Assembly: GCA_951406725.2 (NCBI GenBank)
Contig: OX597827.1
Location: 38,316,001 to 38,380,000, forward strand
Direction: 5' to 3'
Length of the DNA stretch: 64,000 bases
Source: Octopus vulgaris
Taxonomy: Eukaryota
A program made the translations under genes and the position numbers. Below the pieces are notes generated by a model. That model was not told the origin of the DNA, did no database searches, and was given only the letters and a program-made list of their open reading frames with translations. This document shows, in pieces, positions 63,963-64,000 of this stretch; positions within the stretch are counted from its first letter, which is position 1; each line of letters starts with the position of its first letter.

Positions 63963-64000
63963 TCATCATCATCATCGTTTAACGTCCGCTTACCATGCTC
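63963..64000 (-). mobile_element. Family D 3' tail, truncated by window edge
   Basis: (CAT)n-cgtttaacgtccgct..ccatgct matches 20796-20835. Confidence 0.75.

Overview
This is 64 kb of AT-rich, microsatellite-dense eukaryotic non-coding DNA. It is almost certainly a large intron or intergenic region of an octopus or other coleoid cephalopod; this is inferred from the tRNA-derived SINE repertoire and was not confirmed by a search. No intact protein-coding gene is supported, and nearly all listed ORFs are microsatellite or SINE read-throughs. The window holds dozens of copies of three tRNA-headed SINE families (A, B, C), an RTE-tail family (D), TTAA-specific piggyBac-like MITEs, hAT-like MITEs, Helitron-like fragments and decayed RTE and CR1-like LINEs, often nested. 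Possible host-gene traces are a CpG-retaining promoter-like region (about 7.4-9.3 kb) and a few candidate small exons. The most notable signal is a tRNA-headed (Pol III A/B-box) short retroposon that carries a minimal Penelope-type hammerhead ribozyme motif. It integrates as head-to-head inverted structures bounded by single target-site duplications (34767-35480 and 55193-55554). At least four other unrelated hammerhead-like fragments occur, mostly in or beside microsatellites. The window also has many de novo fold-back palindromes and local templated duplications.
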